From Antedon mediterranea (taxonomy: Eukaryota > Animalia > Echinodermata), in NCBI RefSeq assembly GCF_964355755.1, contig NC_092675.1, positions 5,017,812 through 5,081,811 on the forward strand: a stretch of DNA of 64,000 nucleotides, in the 5' to 3' direction. This document shows positions 15,876-30,572 of the stretch, in pieces. Every line of letters begins with the position of its first letter. Position 1 is the stretch's first letter. Both the position numbers and the translations under genes were made by a program. The notes under the pieces were generated by a model. The model saw only the letters and a list, made by a program, of their open reading frames with translations. It did not search any database and had not been told where the DNA came from.

Positions 15876-16211
15876 TGCGAATGAGTATAATTTAAATAAA
15901 TCAATTAATTAACTAAATAATATACAAGCAGAATGTATCATATTCGTTAATTTAAAAAAAGAAAAATGAAAAGAAAAATCTGGATATAATTTAGCGTTTT
16001 TAACATTTACTATAATGAACAAAATAACACAATAGTTTAAAATATTTGCGAACGAGTATAATTTAAATAAATCAATTAACTAAATAATATACAAGCAGAA
16101 TGTATCATATTCGTTAATTTAAAAAAAGAAAAATAGAAAGAAAAATCTGGATATAATTGAGCGTTTTTAACATTTACTATAATGAACAAAATAACACAAT
16201 AGTTTAAAATA
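15876..16211. repeat. Tandem duplication, unit about 170 bp
   Basis: TGCGAAYGAGTATAATTTAAATAAATCAATT...CACAATAGTTTAAAATA starts at 15876 and again at 16047, nearly identical. Confidence 0.95.
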
Positions 16212-18710
16212 GATAATATAAAAATGGTAACATTTAATTTCAGATATGAAAACTATTTTAAAATGAAATTTTATATCACATATTTAAACGTGCAATTCGT
16301 TAAAATTCAGTTAGCAGCGCCATTTTGAATTTTGTCGTTGACGCTGTCGTAATTATTGATGAATATATGAAGTAGGGCAGTTCAAATCCAAGGCCAGCCT
16401 TAGCGTGTGGTAGATCAGAACGACACCGACCAGCTTTGATATGCATGCGGCTTTCTTTCATCCATCGAACATTTTAAATCCTTTTAGCCTTACCTTAGAA
16501 TAAAAGAGTTATATAGTGAAAGATATATTACTCTCCTGTCCTATAGAATATGATTAAAGTCAAAATATTACATAAACCAGCCTACGTTGAAACAAATCAA
16601 GGCGTTGATAAAAGCGTTGTCATTAATATATTGCAATTAGTATTTTGTTAAGTGATCAATTTCAAGAAATTCTAATCTAAATGAGTATTGTTAGGATTCT
16701 CATACATAATAATATTACATCACAAAGAAAACCTATTGATAATATAACTGTATGGATTATTATCAAAATTGACATTGACCTACGATAATTCAAAGTCACG
16801 TGGCAACATGATTTGCATGTAGCTGTCTGCAGTACGAATTCCGGGTTCTTCACAAATAGTTAACAATGGCAATGTTTACGATAGGAGGCCTACATTGTTT
16901 TATGTTAAATTTTATTAATATCAAATATTATATCGTTATATGCACAGTTATATTATGTATACGTTTGTTTTTTAACACATTTTTTATTTTATTGCAGTGT
17001 TTTGTAGCGACGCAATATTTAAGTTTAACGAGTTACATGACCACATCTCAATTTGCCTAAAAACAGACACTATTGGAGTTAAATTACTATAAAGTAATTA
17101 ATAATGAATTGGTAAAAGAAAATTAAAACGACGATTTTGTTCGACAAGGCAATAATGTGTACGACAACGACTCTTGTTCGATATTTTACACAATACGTCA
17201 GCTAATATAATTATAAAATGTAGGTGAGGTTAAAGTAATTAATTAAAACAATAACAATTTTGAACTAGATCCTAAATAAAATTTTATTTTGAAGATAAAT
17301 TAACGTAAGATATGAATAGCCATTTGACCTAATTATTTTAAGTATTCGGTCAAAATAACAATAGCGTTAAGTTCAAATAGATTTACAATATAAATCTTAA
17401 TATTTTATCTTATTTTTATAATAATGTAATGGAATTTATATAGGCCTAGTCCAAAATAAACGATATTTCTATGATATCGACAAAATCAAATTCGAAAGAA
17501 AATATTTCGAAGTTTTAAACGTAACTCTACAGCGTTACATTCGTTTGTTACGGTATGGTATTAAACATCAAAGTACTACTACATTATACAGTTTCTTTAA
17601 TCTACCGGTACTTTTAAGATTTTCTCTAAAATCTCTACATCGTGGCTCTTTTTATGTCTTACATACCGTCAGTGAAATTGCTTGCCAACTAGTGTAACGG
17701 TTTTTCCTTTTTTTAAAATCTTAAGGTACCAGATATTGGATATGGAATTATATTATGATATGGCCTAAAATAATTAATACATATTAAAAAGCTTATTTTT
17801 TTTAACCAAATTCTGAGTGCTCATTAATTCATTATCAACTCTAAAGTGTGAGTGTTAACAGCGCCACCAATTCGAATGATTTGTTGAAGTTATTTCGGAT
17901 TTGATTACATAACCGGTTAAACGTTTCTAAACTATTAAACATTGTCTTGCCTTGGTAACTATACCGTTGTTTATTTACAATCATGAAATGGATTCTCAAT
18001 CCAAGGGACGTTTCAGTAACTGTTTAATAGGCTGTTGGTTTCGATTGCAAGTGTTTTAAAAATGCATGCTTCCACTCTGCAAAGTTTAAATCATTAAATG
18101 GGCATAAAACGTACCGCATTTGATCTCCCACTTAGTATTCCTAATACATTACAAATTTGATAGCGCTCCTATTTCTATGAACAAGTACCATTTAACATTA
18201 AATTACATTATTATAAATATAATTAAAATATTGTTTGTTATAACGTTCTTATGCATATATATTACTATTATAACAGAAAAACTACATAAATTGAGATATT
18301 AGATACCGGTAATTTTCAAAAATACAAATAAAAAAAAAGTCTAAAATATTTTTGTCCCTCCCAAGTATTGTGTTTAAATACAGGTTTTAAAAAGTAAACG
18401 AAATAAATCACGGTACTATTATTCGATCAGCTTTCATCACGTAAGAAAAAAAAGGGGCATTAATTTCAACGAAATTGCCGAATTTCCAACAAATAATGGT
18501 AGTTATGATGATATTGATAATGAGAACGGCATTGGAATTGGAAATAGCGTTAATTACAATGGTTGTAATGATATAACAATTTAATAATGATGTTTTGCAG
18601 ACATACAATTCCGTAAATTAATAAAATATTGATAAATTAAACCAAGAAAGATTGAAATACTCTTCTTTGATTAAAGCATGGGGCTAAATACAACAAAATT
18701 AGACCTTTAA

Positions 18711-18875
18711 GGCCCATTCACACAAGGCGATGTAGATAAAAGAAGAATAATACACGTCCAATCAAATGACGTCATGATTAGTAAAAGTCCTAATATCGTG
18801 ACGACACAACGATATTGTTGTTCTTATTGATCATGACGTTATTTAATTGGAAAAAATCGCATGACGTCGTTTGTA
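18711..18875. mobile_element. Degenerate palindromic MITE
   Basis: Left end ttaaGGCCCATTCACAC, with internal inverted arms CCAATCAAATGACGTCATGAT (18758-18778) and ATCATGACGTTATTTAATTGG (18830-18850). The right terminus is eroded. Confidence 0.5.
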
Positions 18876-19929
18876 TTGGTATAGCATACAGAATATGAAA
18901 GCGGTCTACAAAATTAAAATAATTTAAATACAACATTGACATTGACCTACATAATAAAACAATAGTCATAAATGAATATAATCCGATCGATACAATATAT
19001 ATTCTTATTAAACAATTATATTGGCATAATTATTATTATTTGTTTTAACAAGAAAAATAGATTGCTCATTTTACATGAAAACTAGGAAATCAGGCCAATA
19101 ATATAAAGGTCAATCTAAAACTAGGCCGATATTGACCATTGCCAACGAAAACACGAGAGAATTTAAACAGATATTGACCACTACAAAACTAAAACGCACC
19201 TGGAGAATATAGATAACCTAAATAACAAAATAATTGTTCTATTTAAATAAATTGTATGTAATATTAGTCATTTTAAATAATAATTAATTAGGTACATATT
19301 TCAATAAGATTAATTAATCTTTTAATAATAATAATTTTAATTTTTGTTTCTTCTTTTGTCAATTTTAAAGTGATCGTATTTTCACTTGGTGTTTCTACAG
19401 TCTTGTTTTTGTTCTCAATTTGTTGATGAGTTCGGTCTGTGTTTTCTTCTATGTGTTGTTATATAAAAACTGGCAAATTAACATACATCTTGTAGCATAT
19501 TCTGCCGATCTGATGGAATTGTAAGGACGCTTAAAATGAATCGAACAAGTCAGCATAACACTGACCTTGCACTGGACTATATGGACTACGAGTAAGTGAC
19601 GGGTAGGTCTACGCATGGACAGGTCTACCAAATAAATTAGTTATGCAATTTTCAATTTTGTCCTTGGTTATGTCCTTGAGTTTCAAGGACAAGTCAATAA
19701 TGAGTCATCTCTTTTTTTTACAATTTCATAATTTTCAAATGATATGCAGAGTTATATAATTATAATGAATATTTGTGTATAATGGAGTCTATTATCATTG
19801 ACGGTATTCTATCAAAATGAACATTGATGTGCCTCGAAGACAAATCAACAATACTGTCTTTATAGATTTATTTAACATATCCACTATTATTTATTTTATT
19901 CCAATGTAGTATATTATTTAATTTTATAG

Positions 19930-20148
19930 TTAGTAAGTGTATCCTTGTTTCATTTTAATTTATTGTAATTGTTTATTATCTGCTTTTGTTTTTTGCTTCT
20001 GTAATTGTTTTATTATTTTATTTGATATCTGCTTTTTACATTTATTATTGTTGGTGTTTTCCTTTGAGCACGGTCTTACTGAAAAACAACTTTTAGTTGA
20101 GTTAAGTATCCGTGATTAAATAAAGCTTATTATTATTATTATTATTAT
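19930..20148 (+). mobile_element. LINE/SINE 3' tail ending in AATAAA plus (TTA)n
   Basis: T-rich tract, then cacgg...ccgtg stem, AATAAA (20119-20124) and a (TTA)7 tail. The same terminus CGTGATTAAATAAAG occurs inverted at about 55033-55047. Confidence 0.55.
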
Positions 20149-20371
20149 GATTACGGCACCGTTATACCACTTGTATTGCGTAAGGTAAGAGCGTTATACC
20201 AATATATTATTATTGTATATTAAGTAAGAGTTTATTTCAGTGAACAAAACGCGTCAATTATTGTTCATCTTATGATATGATTACTAATAAAAGACACATT
20301 TGATATTGATAAGATGTTTGTTTTCTGTATGCCTATACTATTTTTTAAACACCAAATGTGATGTATTTAAA

Positions 20372-20540
20372 AAAATAAAGTTGATATAAAGTTTGCGGTA
20401 CACCACGTATATTGGTTCTGAAAAAAACTGTTCAGTTTCTCAACGTTTCGATCAATATGCTTGATTGTCATTCTCACTCGTTCTCACTCCTGACGACTAA
20501 TATACGTGGTGTACCGCAAACTTTATATCAACTTTATTTT
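20372..20540. mobile_element. Perfect 42-bp inverted repeat, probable Penelope-like retroelement terminal fragment
   Basis: 20372-20413 is the exact reverse complement of 20499-20540. The spacer contains, on the minus strand, ATCAA-GCATA-TTGAT-CGAAACGTTG and, on the plus strand, CTGACGA. Confidence 0.55.
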
Positions 20541-21689
20541 CGCCATGCAAACCTCCAAACAAAAATAATGTTGATAAAATCAGGTTGTTAACTTTTATGA
20601 CAATTATACTTTATTTAAAAATCTTAATCTTACTAAAAAAAAAATAATTCCAAAAGAAAGATCTGCAGATACAATTTAGGATTTGTTCTTAGTAAAATGA
20701 TGCTCTATCATTTAGACCAGGACCTTATATATTCTTGATATTCCCTTATTTTTTTGTAGCAGCTCTTCCATTCATAAAACTGTAATATTTAAGTTTATGG
20801 GCTTACAGCATTCTTAATAAATTGAAACGAATTCTAAAGTCACATTAGTTTGTTGGTGTATAACATTCCAACAATATTTAGAGTTGGGCCTGTACATTCT
20901 AAGTTAATTAACGAATTCTCGTTAATTTTAATTAGTTTGTTGGTGTATTTCATGCAAGTATTATGTAATGCATATTTTGACAGTTTTTCTTACATTATCT
21001 TCAATATAATAACGTATAGGCCTAAATATGTATGGTTAAATTGCGGTCACTCGCTACAAGTAGGTCAATTTTATAATGAAACCGCAGTGTGTTAAATGGA
21101 AAAAACTAGGTCGCTTCAATATTTTTTACAACAAACAAGTTAATGAGAAATGGTAATACCAGTGCTCTGATGGACATGATGTAATAACCTATAAAATTGG
21201 TCTAACTCTCAATAATTTAAAACGTTCAAAATATGCGTTTGCGGGGCAATGAGACAATACATGGTGGCAGCCCTATACCATGGGAATATATTTGAACAAT
21301 CTTTCAAAAGAAGTGCAACTATTCAAATATCGAAGATATGTTTTCCTGTGGCATAGTGGCAGCCATAAGAATTTTAATTCCAATTTTCTTGACAATAGGG
21401 CCTAAAGGAATTTATATTGTTATGAATATGAAATATCATGATGGACAAGATTGAGAACATCAATCCTTAAAACTGTTAGAAGTGGCATCAGTAAAAGTAA
21501 ACCAAAATATATGATGCCCAGCTTGAGATTATTTAGTAATTTCCTACTTAAACTCTTATCAATGGAACTGAATATACTCATGGATCTCATAGTTCAGAGT
21601 GCTATAAATGTCAATATTCTTTTTTCAAAACATTTTCTTGCAAAATATAAATGTTTAAATAAGAAGTTATATATCGAGTGTTAACCATA

Positions 21690-21925
21690 ATTTGCTGGTA
21701 CTATCACTGCCACCAACTTCATTCTTCCATGTCATCTTATGCATGTTCACTCAAAATACCATTCATAAATTTGACACGAGAACCAGAAATAACATTTATA
21801 TTCATTCCTATCTTATGTTTCTTCTATTTTCTGTTTTATTTAATTCGATATTTTTGATGGGTTTTGATATTTTCATATAATTATAATTATTGTGTAATTC
21901 AACAAATTTAAAAGTTGCAATAAAA
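21690..21925 (+). mobile_element. CR1/L2-like LINE 3' fragment
   Basis: FTQNTIHKFDTRTRNNIYI resembles the FxxNxxxHxYxTR C-terminal LINE motif and is followed by a T-rich tail and AATAAA. Confidence 0.4.
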
Positions 21926-24900
21926 GAATGTTACCGGTTTAACTATTTTCAACACAGTAGAAATTCTAGGCTACGTTACCCCTCTCAATTTCTAGTGTTG
22001 CCAACCGGCTAATCTTTTTAAACATTATTAACTTGTCTTGGGCAATTTCGCTACATTTCCCTGGGATTCTGCTCTCGTCCTTTCTTTGTACATTTCAATT
22101 TGTCATTATTGTTTGTTTAACTTATTGTCTTTTGGACGAAAATAAATGATATTCGAATTTGAAGAAAAAAATTGAATGAATGTCTTATACCTGGTAACAT
22201 ACCACTAGACCACAAAAAGGCATTGAAGAAGTAAAATTGAAATGTAAAATGTATTTCAATGTCACAAAAACATAAAAACTAAATCGCATAATTCATTGTA
22301 TTTATGTATGTACCTTATACTTGTTATTGTGGAAATAAATTAAAATTGAAATGATATCAATAGGCTTATCTTAGAAACGAATATCTTTGTCAATACATTT
22401 ACATAAACCATGTTAGCATTTTATCTTAAATAGTTAATAATATAGTTTTTTAGATTATACTTAGGCCTATAGGACCTAAACATCTTTTTTTAAAACATTT
22501 TTATGAATTGTCATATTCAATTGGACTTTATTGGTTAGTATTATGACGGTTATGTTGTGATCAGATAAATTCAATTTATCCAATTATAAAATATTAATTA
22601 AAACAAATATATGAAACGATTTCCATATTTTAGTACCACAGACGTGTTTTCTTTCATAAAATAAAAAAAATCTTTAACATTAATTCAGCCTTTAATTCTT
22701 ATTTTGATCTCAAATGTTGAGGATATTTGTGTGGGTGCTAGTTTATTCTGTATAATGAAACATTTATGATTAACTGACTGTTGGCGTCGGATATCACGAT
22801 GCGTACATTTTACAAGGCATGTTATTGCTTGAAATTTGTGAATCACATGGTTAGTAAACAATAGGTTATTATTTGACATTTCATTTTTCTTTGGTCAGTA
22901 GGCAATCATCACTCAAATGTGCCCATCAATCCAGTCTTGCCCAATAGACAAGTGATGTGTGGACAAAGGATAGAAACGCCAATGACCGACTGACGTGTAC
23001 ATACGGGGTAATAAAACTAGAAAGTGAATAACTAAACGTGTCATTGACCTAGTGAAGACCAGATGAATCTTAGAGAGAGAGAAAAAAACGACATAAACGT
23101 TAAAAACGAATTCACTTCAACTCATTTTTCATTTCTCGTTGAATGGTATTTTGGTTTATGACAGAATACTTGAGGATGACACATTTCCGCGTTGAGGAAG
23201 TCTCTAGAACAGTCTATCCACAAACAATAATACATTCCAAATATAGTCTTTCTTCTTAATCTTTATTATTTTTTCCTATGAAAATTACTTCACGAACAAA
23301 ACTTAATTTTCGTGAGTTAATTAATTGTGATACGGCAGATGTAAGAGTATATAAGCAAATCAAAGGAGAACCATGAAAGGCGTGCTGTATGCTTGATATG
23401 ACACTATAAATCATTATTGGCTATATGGCACGTATGAATTCGTTTTCTATAAAATGAGAGTGTTATATTTATCAATGATGAAAACATGAAATATGAATTA
23501 TGATATGATTTTGAACGTTTGTATATATAGGTATAATTGTAGAGTAAATGCATTGATAATAACAATTGTACTTTTACTGTAGAATGCAGAAAAAGAAATA
23601 TAGAAAATGATAGTAGTAAATTGAGAATAAAATATTGAAATACAAATAATATAAAAATACAATTAGTGTTGATTAAGCTTTACAATATACTTTGAATTTA
23701 AATTTAAATATTTATTTGGTCATCAACAAATAGTAATCAGGAGAGAATAGGCTAAAGACCAAACAATTTCTGCACTCATTCCTTTATAGTAAAACAAACA
23801 GAAAATAGTTTCGATAATATATGCCAAGTTAATTTAATTTTAATTCAATTAAAAGTATATTAATTAATTAATTACAGTAAGATAAAACTTGCAATATACT
23901 CGAGTAGAAAATTAGAAAATTAGTATTACTCGTAAGACGTATAAAAAGCCCACACAATAAAAAGCCTTCCAAGACATCTTAAATGTTAAACAAAATATCT
24001 TTATTCTTGTATTTAATTATAACTATATTCTAATATAGTTAGCAGATGATGTCTAATGTTACTAATTTTGTTTTGTTTTTGTTTGGATAACAGCGAGTTC
24101 GGGAACAATGAAAAAGAAATGTTCGTGAGCACTGTTAGGAGTGCTATTTTGTGTCGAGTTATCGAGCCGACGCAAAGCTAGGCCTGGAATATTATCCAAT
24201 GTCCTACGACATTAATGGCTGATTGTTTAACTTGCTTAGATAAACCGATCGATAAAAAGCAGATGCACATAATATTGTCTGGTATATGGTAAAATATTAA
24301 TATTAATACAAATTAATGTTTGAAACAGTAGCATATTCTTAGTAATAAATGCTATCATTGTTGTAAAAATTACCCTTAATGGTTATTTTTAAACATTGCA
24401 CTATTGTTTTTTTTATAAATCTTTCCTAAATATGAATATACCACGCGTTGCTTTAATAAAGAAACTTTTGTTTGAAGCCAATATTCAAGGTTGATAACCA
24501 CTATACCCAGCTTGCCCTATCCCATTTATCAAACATATTGCGCTTAGATTGCAAGGTGATGCAAAGATGAGAACGAATCAAATACAACATATCATACTAA
24601 TAATACACTATGACAACGAATGATTAATATTACTTTGGTATCATCAACGTAAAATAACACCTGTTAGGCCTACAATTGTTGTAAGCTTTATTGAAATGTT
24701 ATTTTTTATTTAACCTTTAAAGTTCGTTTATTTGACAAAATTTAATCATTGCTAAAATAAAAACAGAGATAAAAAATTAGTTTGACAAAAGCTTTGAATG
24801 CACAAATAGTATAATTAATTGCTCTGTTTAAAACAAAAACAAGATAAGATGTTATTGTTAGTTTCAAATTATGTGTCAGTAAAAAAATTAAAAAAACATT

Positions 24901-26869
24901 ACATACAGTGTCTGTCAAGATTAACGCAGCGAAGTTTTCGTCATTGTTCTTCGAACACATTATTTTCTCAGGTGATCCCGTCATGAACACAACTATTTTG
25001 TTTTTATTCTAAAAAGACAAAATAATGTACGATATAATAATGTAGGCCTTGCTTTACGAAGCCTTCTAGGCCGTGGCCTGTTTTGACTAAACAAGACGCA
25101 GTTTAGCGGAATACTATTAACATCCAATGCTTTCTGATCTATAGCCTAGAGTTCGTCTTCTTTTAGAAATGATTACTGATCCAGTAATTGTCTAATTTAT
25201 ACATCATTAATAGCGATTTACTATTGTAAATACAAGCTGATCCTTATCCACGATTAGCATTTGTTTACGTAATAATACGGTGGTATTGTTAAACTAAATG
25301 CTTAGGCCTAACAGTTAAAATTACTACCGTAGCTCGAAACGCTAGACCTGCTTTCCTCTAGGCCGTGACACAGCATCCGATGCCCGTTTATCCCTGGTCA
25401 CTTTCGTTTGTATACCGGTGTGAAGTTTTGTTTACATAGGCTTGGCTCAGTTATTTTTCGTTGACTTTATAAACTGTAGAGTAAGTTTACAAACTATTCT
25501 CATAATTGTACTCTAAATAATTGACATGCCTAACACAAAAGCACCTGTTGGAGGGACCGTTGAGTTTTACTTACTTTCGTTCAACTTTAAATAAACACAA
25601 CTGAAATAAAAGCTTACATACCTTTTAATTGGACAATTGCCTATTGTATTTATTCAAATTTGAATAGTTAGTCGTCACATCATTGAAACTAAAAAGAATA
25701 TAAAAACAACAATACATTAATGAAAGGAATTACCTTTAATCTCGTATTCTCTTGTATAGCATATCCACTGTATTTATTATTTGGACGATTTCCTGTATTG
25801 CTTTACATAAATATAATTGATGTTATAAAAATCAAATTAGGAACAATATGTGCTCTCACGATACTACTTAGACTAACTGAAACAAGTGTTTATAGCTGCA
25901 TCTCTTATAAAAGAACCGGCTTTGTAGCTAGAATTAAGGTATTAGTTAGACTATTCTCCCTAAATTTCCGTTGGGTAAGTAGAAACAAATCCCTATGTAA
26001 ATTCCCCGGACTAGGCCCTAAAGAGTGGGATATAACGCATCATTTATCCCTCACCTCTGCTTATGATCTTCAATAGGAACACATGGCATGTTACGACGTT
26101 TGCACTGATCCGAAGGCTTATATCTATCCGGCCATTAAAAAAGATATCTAATTCAACTTATAAAGATCACTAAGAACAATTTATTTTTTATAGTGTATTT
26201 GGTTTTATAATGTTTGTTTTGGTCCCCCCTAATAAAATATTTTAGTGACCTTTAGAAAAATACCCAACAATAAAATCGATAAGGATTCCCATAAAATTGG
26301 AAGGATATGTTATTTATAACCATTGTATATTATAATGCAGCTGATGTGTGTGGAAGGCATAATCGTTTAATCCTCATAATATCCTACGGTATATTAAGAA
26401 GTTCTTGATCTTGGTAAAGATGTAAAAAAGCGGGATCTCTTGTATCATTTTAATAATGATCTTTTCAATGTCACGTCCAAGTTGATAGTTCAATGATAAC
26501 CATCACGTGAATGTATTTTCCGTTTTGTGTCGGCATCATTAACATTTATACAACAAAGTAAATTTAAATTTGCATTATTTTTAAAAATATCAAACAACGT
26601 ATTAACTGAACTGCTTGTTGGCTGAAAACCATTGAAATAAACACAAAGACAAATCGTCTCTCATTTTTTAGCTTTCCGTTCAGGTTACAGTTAAATAAAT
26701 TATTGTACAAATCATATATTACCACAAAAAAAAAAGGAGAAAACCACTGAATTTTACAAAAAAAGTTAAAATTATACAATATATGTTATTAATTTTAATT
26801 TACTCACGTGTCGTTAATAACGGTTGAGGGTTTTTGCATCATTGCTTTGAGAATAATAAACTATGATTA

Positions 26870-27200
26870 TGTTTAAGGAGAGCTCATACAGGTATCACAC
26901 AAATAGTTGTAAGGTTCATGCAGAAGTTCAACAAAATAACATGGACTTTTTATAACCTGGAATAATTACAATGATGCACTTGAAATGTGAACATTTTCTT
27001 CATTCATGATCTTTGACACCATGATGCAATAATTCGTGCTTGATTACGTAAGATTGTGGTATCGTGGTACTGAACTGTCACCACAAATGCCAAGGTCTTT
27101 GTAGCTATGTCAGTCCATCCAAATGTGCGTGGCAATATTAACATCAGTTTTACAAAGTTTGGCACACTGACTAGCGACTCGATGGAACTTACAAGGAGTC
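26870..27200 (-). mobile_element. Highly degenerate CR1-like LINE reverse transcriptase fragment
   Basis: The minus strand reads YKDLGICGDSS (cf. KDLGVxVDSSL of the CR1 RT thumb), followed by an eroded RPxLEYxSxxWN-like stretch. Confidence 0.4.
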
Positions 27201-28216
27201 ATTTAGCAACACAAATGATTAAATTCAGAAGTTTTGAATTTCATCGAATTAATTTCTTTTTTTTTTTTCAATTAGCCTGGTTTTGAAGTAAATTAACAAT
27301 TCGAAGTATTTTGCAGAAAGTGGATCATGTAATGATATTTTCTATATCGACACACAGTTGCCAATTTTGCATGATGTTATATCAACAACTGATGTTAATA
27401 CTGTATATCATTTACTAATTTAATGTATGTTTCAACTTGTAGTTCATTACGAATATGAAATAAAACAACAACTATAATAATAGAAAGTCCTAAATAAAAG
27501 TTGTGTTTGTTTATAGGCCTACCACCGCTTAGTTTGGTTTGGTTGATTTTCAAGATTCAAATTTAAACGTTGGAAACATCTTGCAGAATGTGGTACACCT
27601 TGACGAAAATAAGATAGCTTTTGACAAGCATTTAACAGTAGAACTAACTGATAAAGAAAATAAAATCACAAAGAGGAATTTGGAAAATGTTGATATGAAA
27701 ATATAAACAGTGAACTCGATTTAGAACTTTTTAGAAACAACAATTTAAGGCCAACAATACGAGTAACAAACATAATTTGACAACCTTTGTTAGATCTGTA
27801 TTACCAAGCTAACATAAAAACAAAGAGTTTCAAGTCGCAACCTTCCATTGTTAACATTTTTTCTCGGCAAAGAAAGTGAACTTACCAATATTATACTATT
27901 GATACTGATCTTGCTGAGTGGTTATTGAAATGTATAACCTACTCAATTATTTAATCGAACAGAGATCATTTCATAAAATTTGTGAACTAGATATTCAGAA
28001 TAGAAATAAAATAAATAATCAACCAATGCATGACGTCAAAACCAATCGTTCAATTCAGTAAAGCATATATATTCACTTATTTTCCACATTATAACAAAAA
28101 CAAGTATATTACCAATAACATCAGTTAGGCCTTTATACCTAAATTTAGCCGTCGAAAATACAGGCATAGAAAAAACAAAATTGTTGTGAACGGTTAAGAT
28201 AAGAAAATGAGAAAAA

Positions 28217-28253
28217 GGCATCACAACCGAGATTCGAACCCGGAACCTTCTGC
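28217..28253 (-). mobile_element. tRNA-derived SINE head remnant (Pol III B box)
   Basis: Minus-strand CCGGGTTCGAATCTCGG forms a T-arm-like stem with a B box. There is no full cloverleaf. Confidence 0.5.
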
Positions 28254-30572
28254 AGAAATAGAAAGCATTGATGAGAAGTAATTACAGAGTAGCCATACAC
28301 AAATTTAAACACGATAACATTGCATGTAGATTGCCTTTGATCTATTTTTTAGGCCTACTTTATTAATAGAAATTCAAATGTTATATTAGAAAATATTTCA
28401 ACAATTTTCTGATATTCTTTTACTTATCTTCGGGTTTGAAAAAATTAAAGTCAGATGGTGCACTTAATTTAGGCATAGATATTCTATAATGGCAGAAGAC
28501 ATGTATAAATGAGATAAATTATCCTGTGATACACTGATACATAATATCATTTATTCTCGTTACTTGAAAACTACACGGAGAAACATTGTCTTTATTGTTA
28601 TCTACGGCTATCTTCAACAGATAACTCGCTGTATCTTTAAACTTATTTTAGTAATATTAAAAAAAAGGTATTTTTAGGTAATCTGAATTAGTTTACCATA
28701 TCTACAATAAATCTGAGCACAAACAAAATATACTTATGAATAAATTATAAAACAATGATAAATTAATCTTATAATTATTGACAAAAAATTATAATTGTTT
28801 ATTTATATTATTTTATTTATGTTATTACGATAATAATTTAAAATTATTAAATAAAAAATTGTTGTTGTTTGTAAAATATAGAGCAATTTTTAGTGTGCCA
28901 AAATTGAAACGATGATGTCACTCAGAGGCTTCAACGCCCTGAAGAAGAATCCAAGCGTTACTAAGCCGTCATTATGTGTTACAAAGGCACATCACTGCGA
29001 TGGAAGAAGAACAGATTTTGTTTTCTTATTATTTATTATTATTAGTTAATTTATTATTCTTATTCTTAAGTAAATTGTTTTAAAAATGAATTTATAATAA
29101 TGGGGCTGATAAGGATGATGCCGTATTGATAATGATGTTTAATGAATGGCAATGACTTTACGGTATTGTTTATAATATGGAATAATTATAATAATGAGGT
29201 GATATCAATGATAATGCAGATTATATAGTATATACTTGAATGATTATCATGAAGTGATACTTAAGATTATAATGTGTGATATACCGGTAATGTTATGGTG
29301 GCTAATGCAGGTAGTTTGTATACACATAAGTAAACCAAATGAATGTAGGCCCATGAAAGAAAAACCATAAATCACTGCATGATTAGTATTGTAATATAAA
29401 TATTAAAACTATTGATATTATTATATTATTATATTATATTATTAATATTGAATTAAATTGATTTGAAATCACGTGAGTAGATCATGTACCGGAGGGTTTC
29501 TGACCTCAACTGATTGACATACATCTTACCAATTCCTTGTTATTGTTATGATTTTACAGACTGTATCTGGTCTTTGACTCTCAATGTCAAAACCACAAGC
29601 TACAATCAGGTGGTAATATCCACCTCAAGATCAAGGTCCTAATGGCAATACCGGTAAAGAAACAACCGACTGATTATATCGTTTACAAACTCAAAAGAAA
29701 TCGTCACTACCGAGTTTCGGTTTTTGTTTTATGATTTTATGAAAGACTGTCCGCTGCCTGTTCACGGAAATCTTGGATTATAGTTTTTATTTCCATAATA
29801 TTTAATAATAATGCGCTTGGAAACCTTGACCAGCAGATCTGTAAATGGACGAAATCTTGACCAAAATCTAAAGCGGTTTTATGAAACAAAGCATATCAAG
29901 CAGAATCTATCCATCAATCATCATAAGCTATGATGTAGCACTAGGTCATAAGAAGAAAATGGAATTATGAAAGCGAGAGGTGTTTTATTCGAACGGACAC
30001 AGGGCACTATATTATCAACAGGAATAAAATGCACACAGGTTTAATATGGGTTCATGCAGAGTTCGTAGACATATCATTTTATTGATAGCATGGTTACAGT
30101 TGGCAAACCTTACTGAAAAGACATCGTATACAAAAGTTAACTATCAGAATAGTTTTATTGACTACCGGTTTTAAAAACAACTTTATTATTGATATTTAGA
30201 TAAAAATTATACATTTTATTTTATTATTATTTATAAAATTGTGGGTTTAGGACGTATTTGCCAATTTTGTTTTTGTCTTGTGTGGGGTCGTCCCACTTTT
30301 ATTATAATTCTCTGTTTTATATGTATATATATATTATATATAAAAATAAAGGTACATTTGTAACAATTAATTATTTGTATGAATATTTCTCTTTATATTG
30401 TATATAACTACGATTATTACAGTGTTAAAAGTATTTATTTAAAATAACACATTTGAAACTAGTATCTACTATAACCGAAAAATAAATATGTATATACAAT
30501 ATGGTATTTATCCATAATTGTCCATCACGAGTAAAATTCTGCTATTTTAAATCTGTAATCGACAAACATATC

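Noticed and set aside
15121-16211. CRISPR-like or other prokaryotic repeat array
   Set aside because: Only two-copy long duplications with no repeat-spacer periodicity, and the DNA is eukaryotic with spliceosomal introns.
17982-18005. CATGAAATGGATTCTCAA word shared with about 43428 as further micro-elements
   Set aside because: The palindromes are incomplete and have no matching flanking direct repeats, so the call cannot be supported.
27560-27940. Purine-rich stretch resembling a decayed coding sequence
   Set aside because: No motif or frame could be assigned.
28217-28253. Possible tRNA gene (also B-box-like words at about 6762 and 61480, A-box-like at about 22200)
   Set aside because: Only isolated boxes, with no acceptor stem, D arm or anticodon arm; better explained as SINE remnants.
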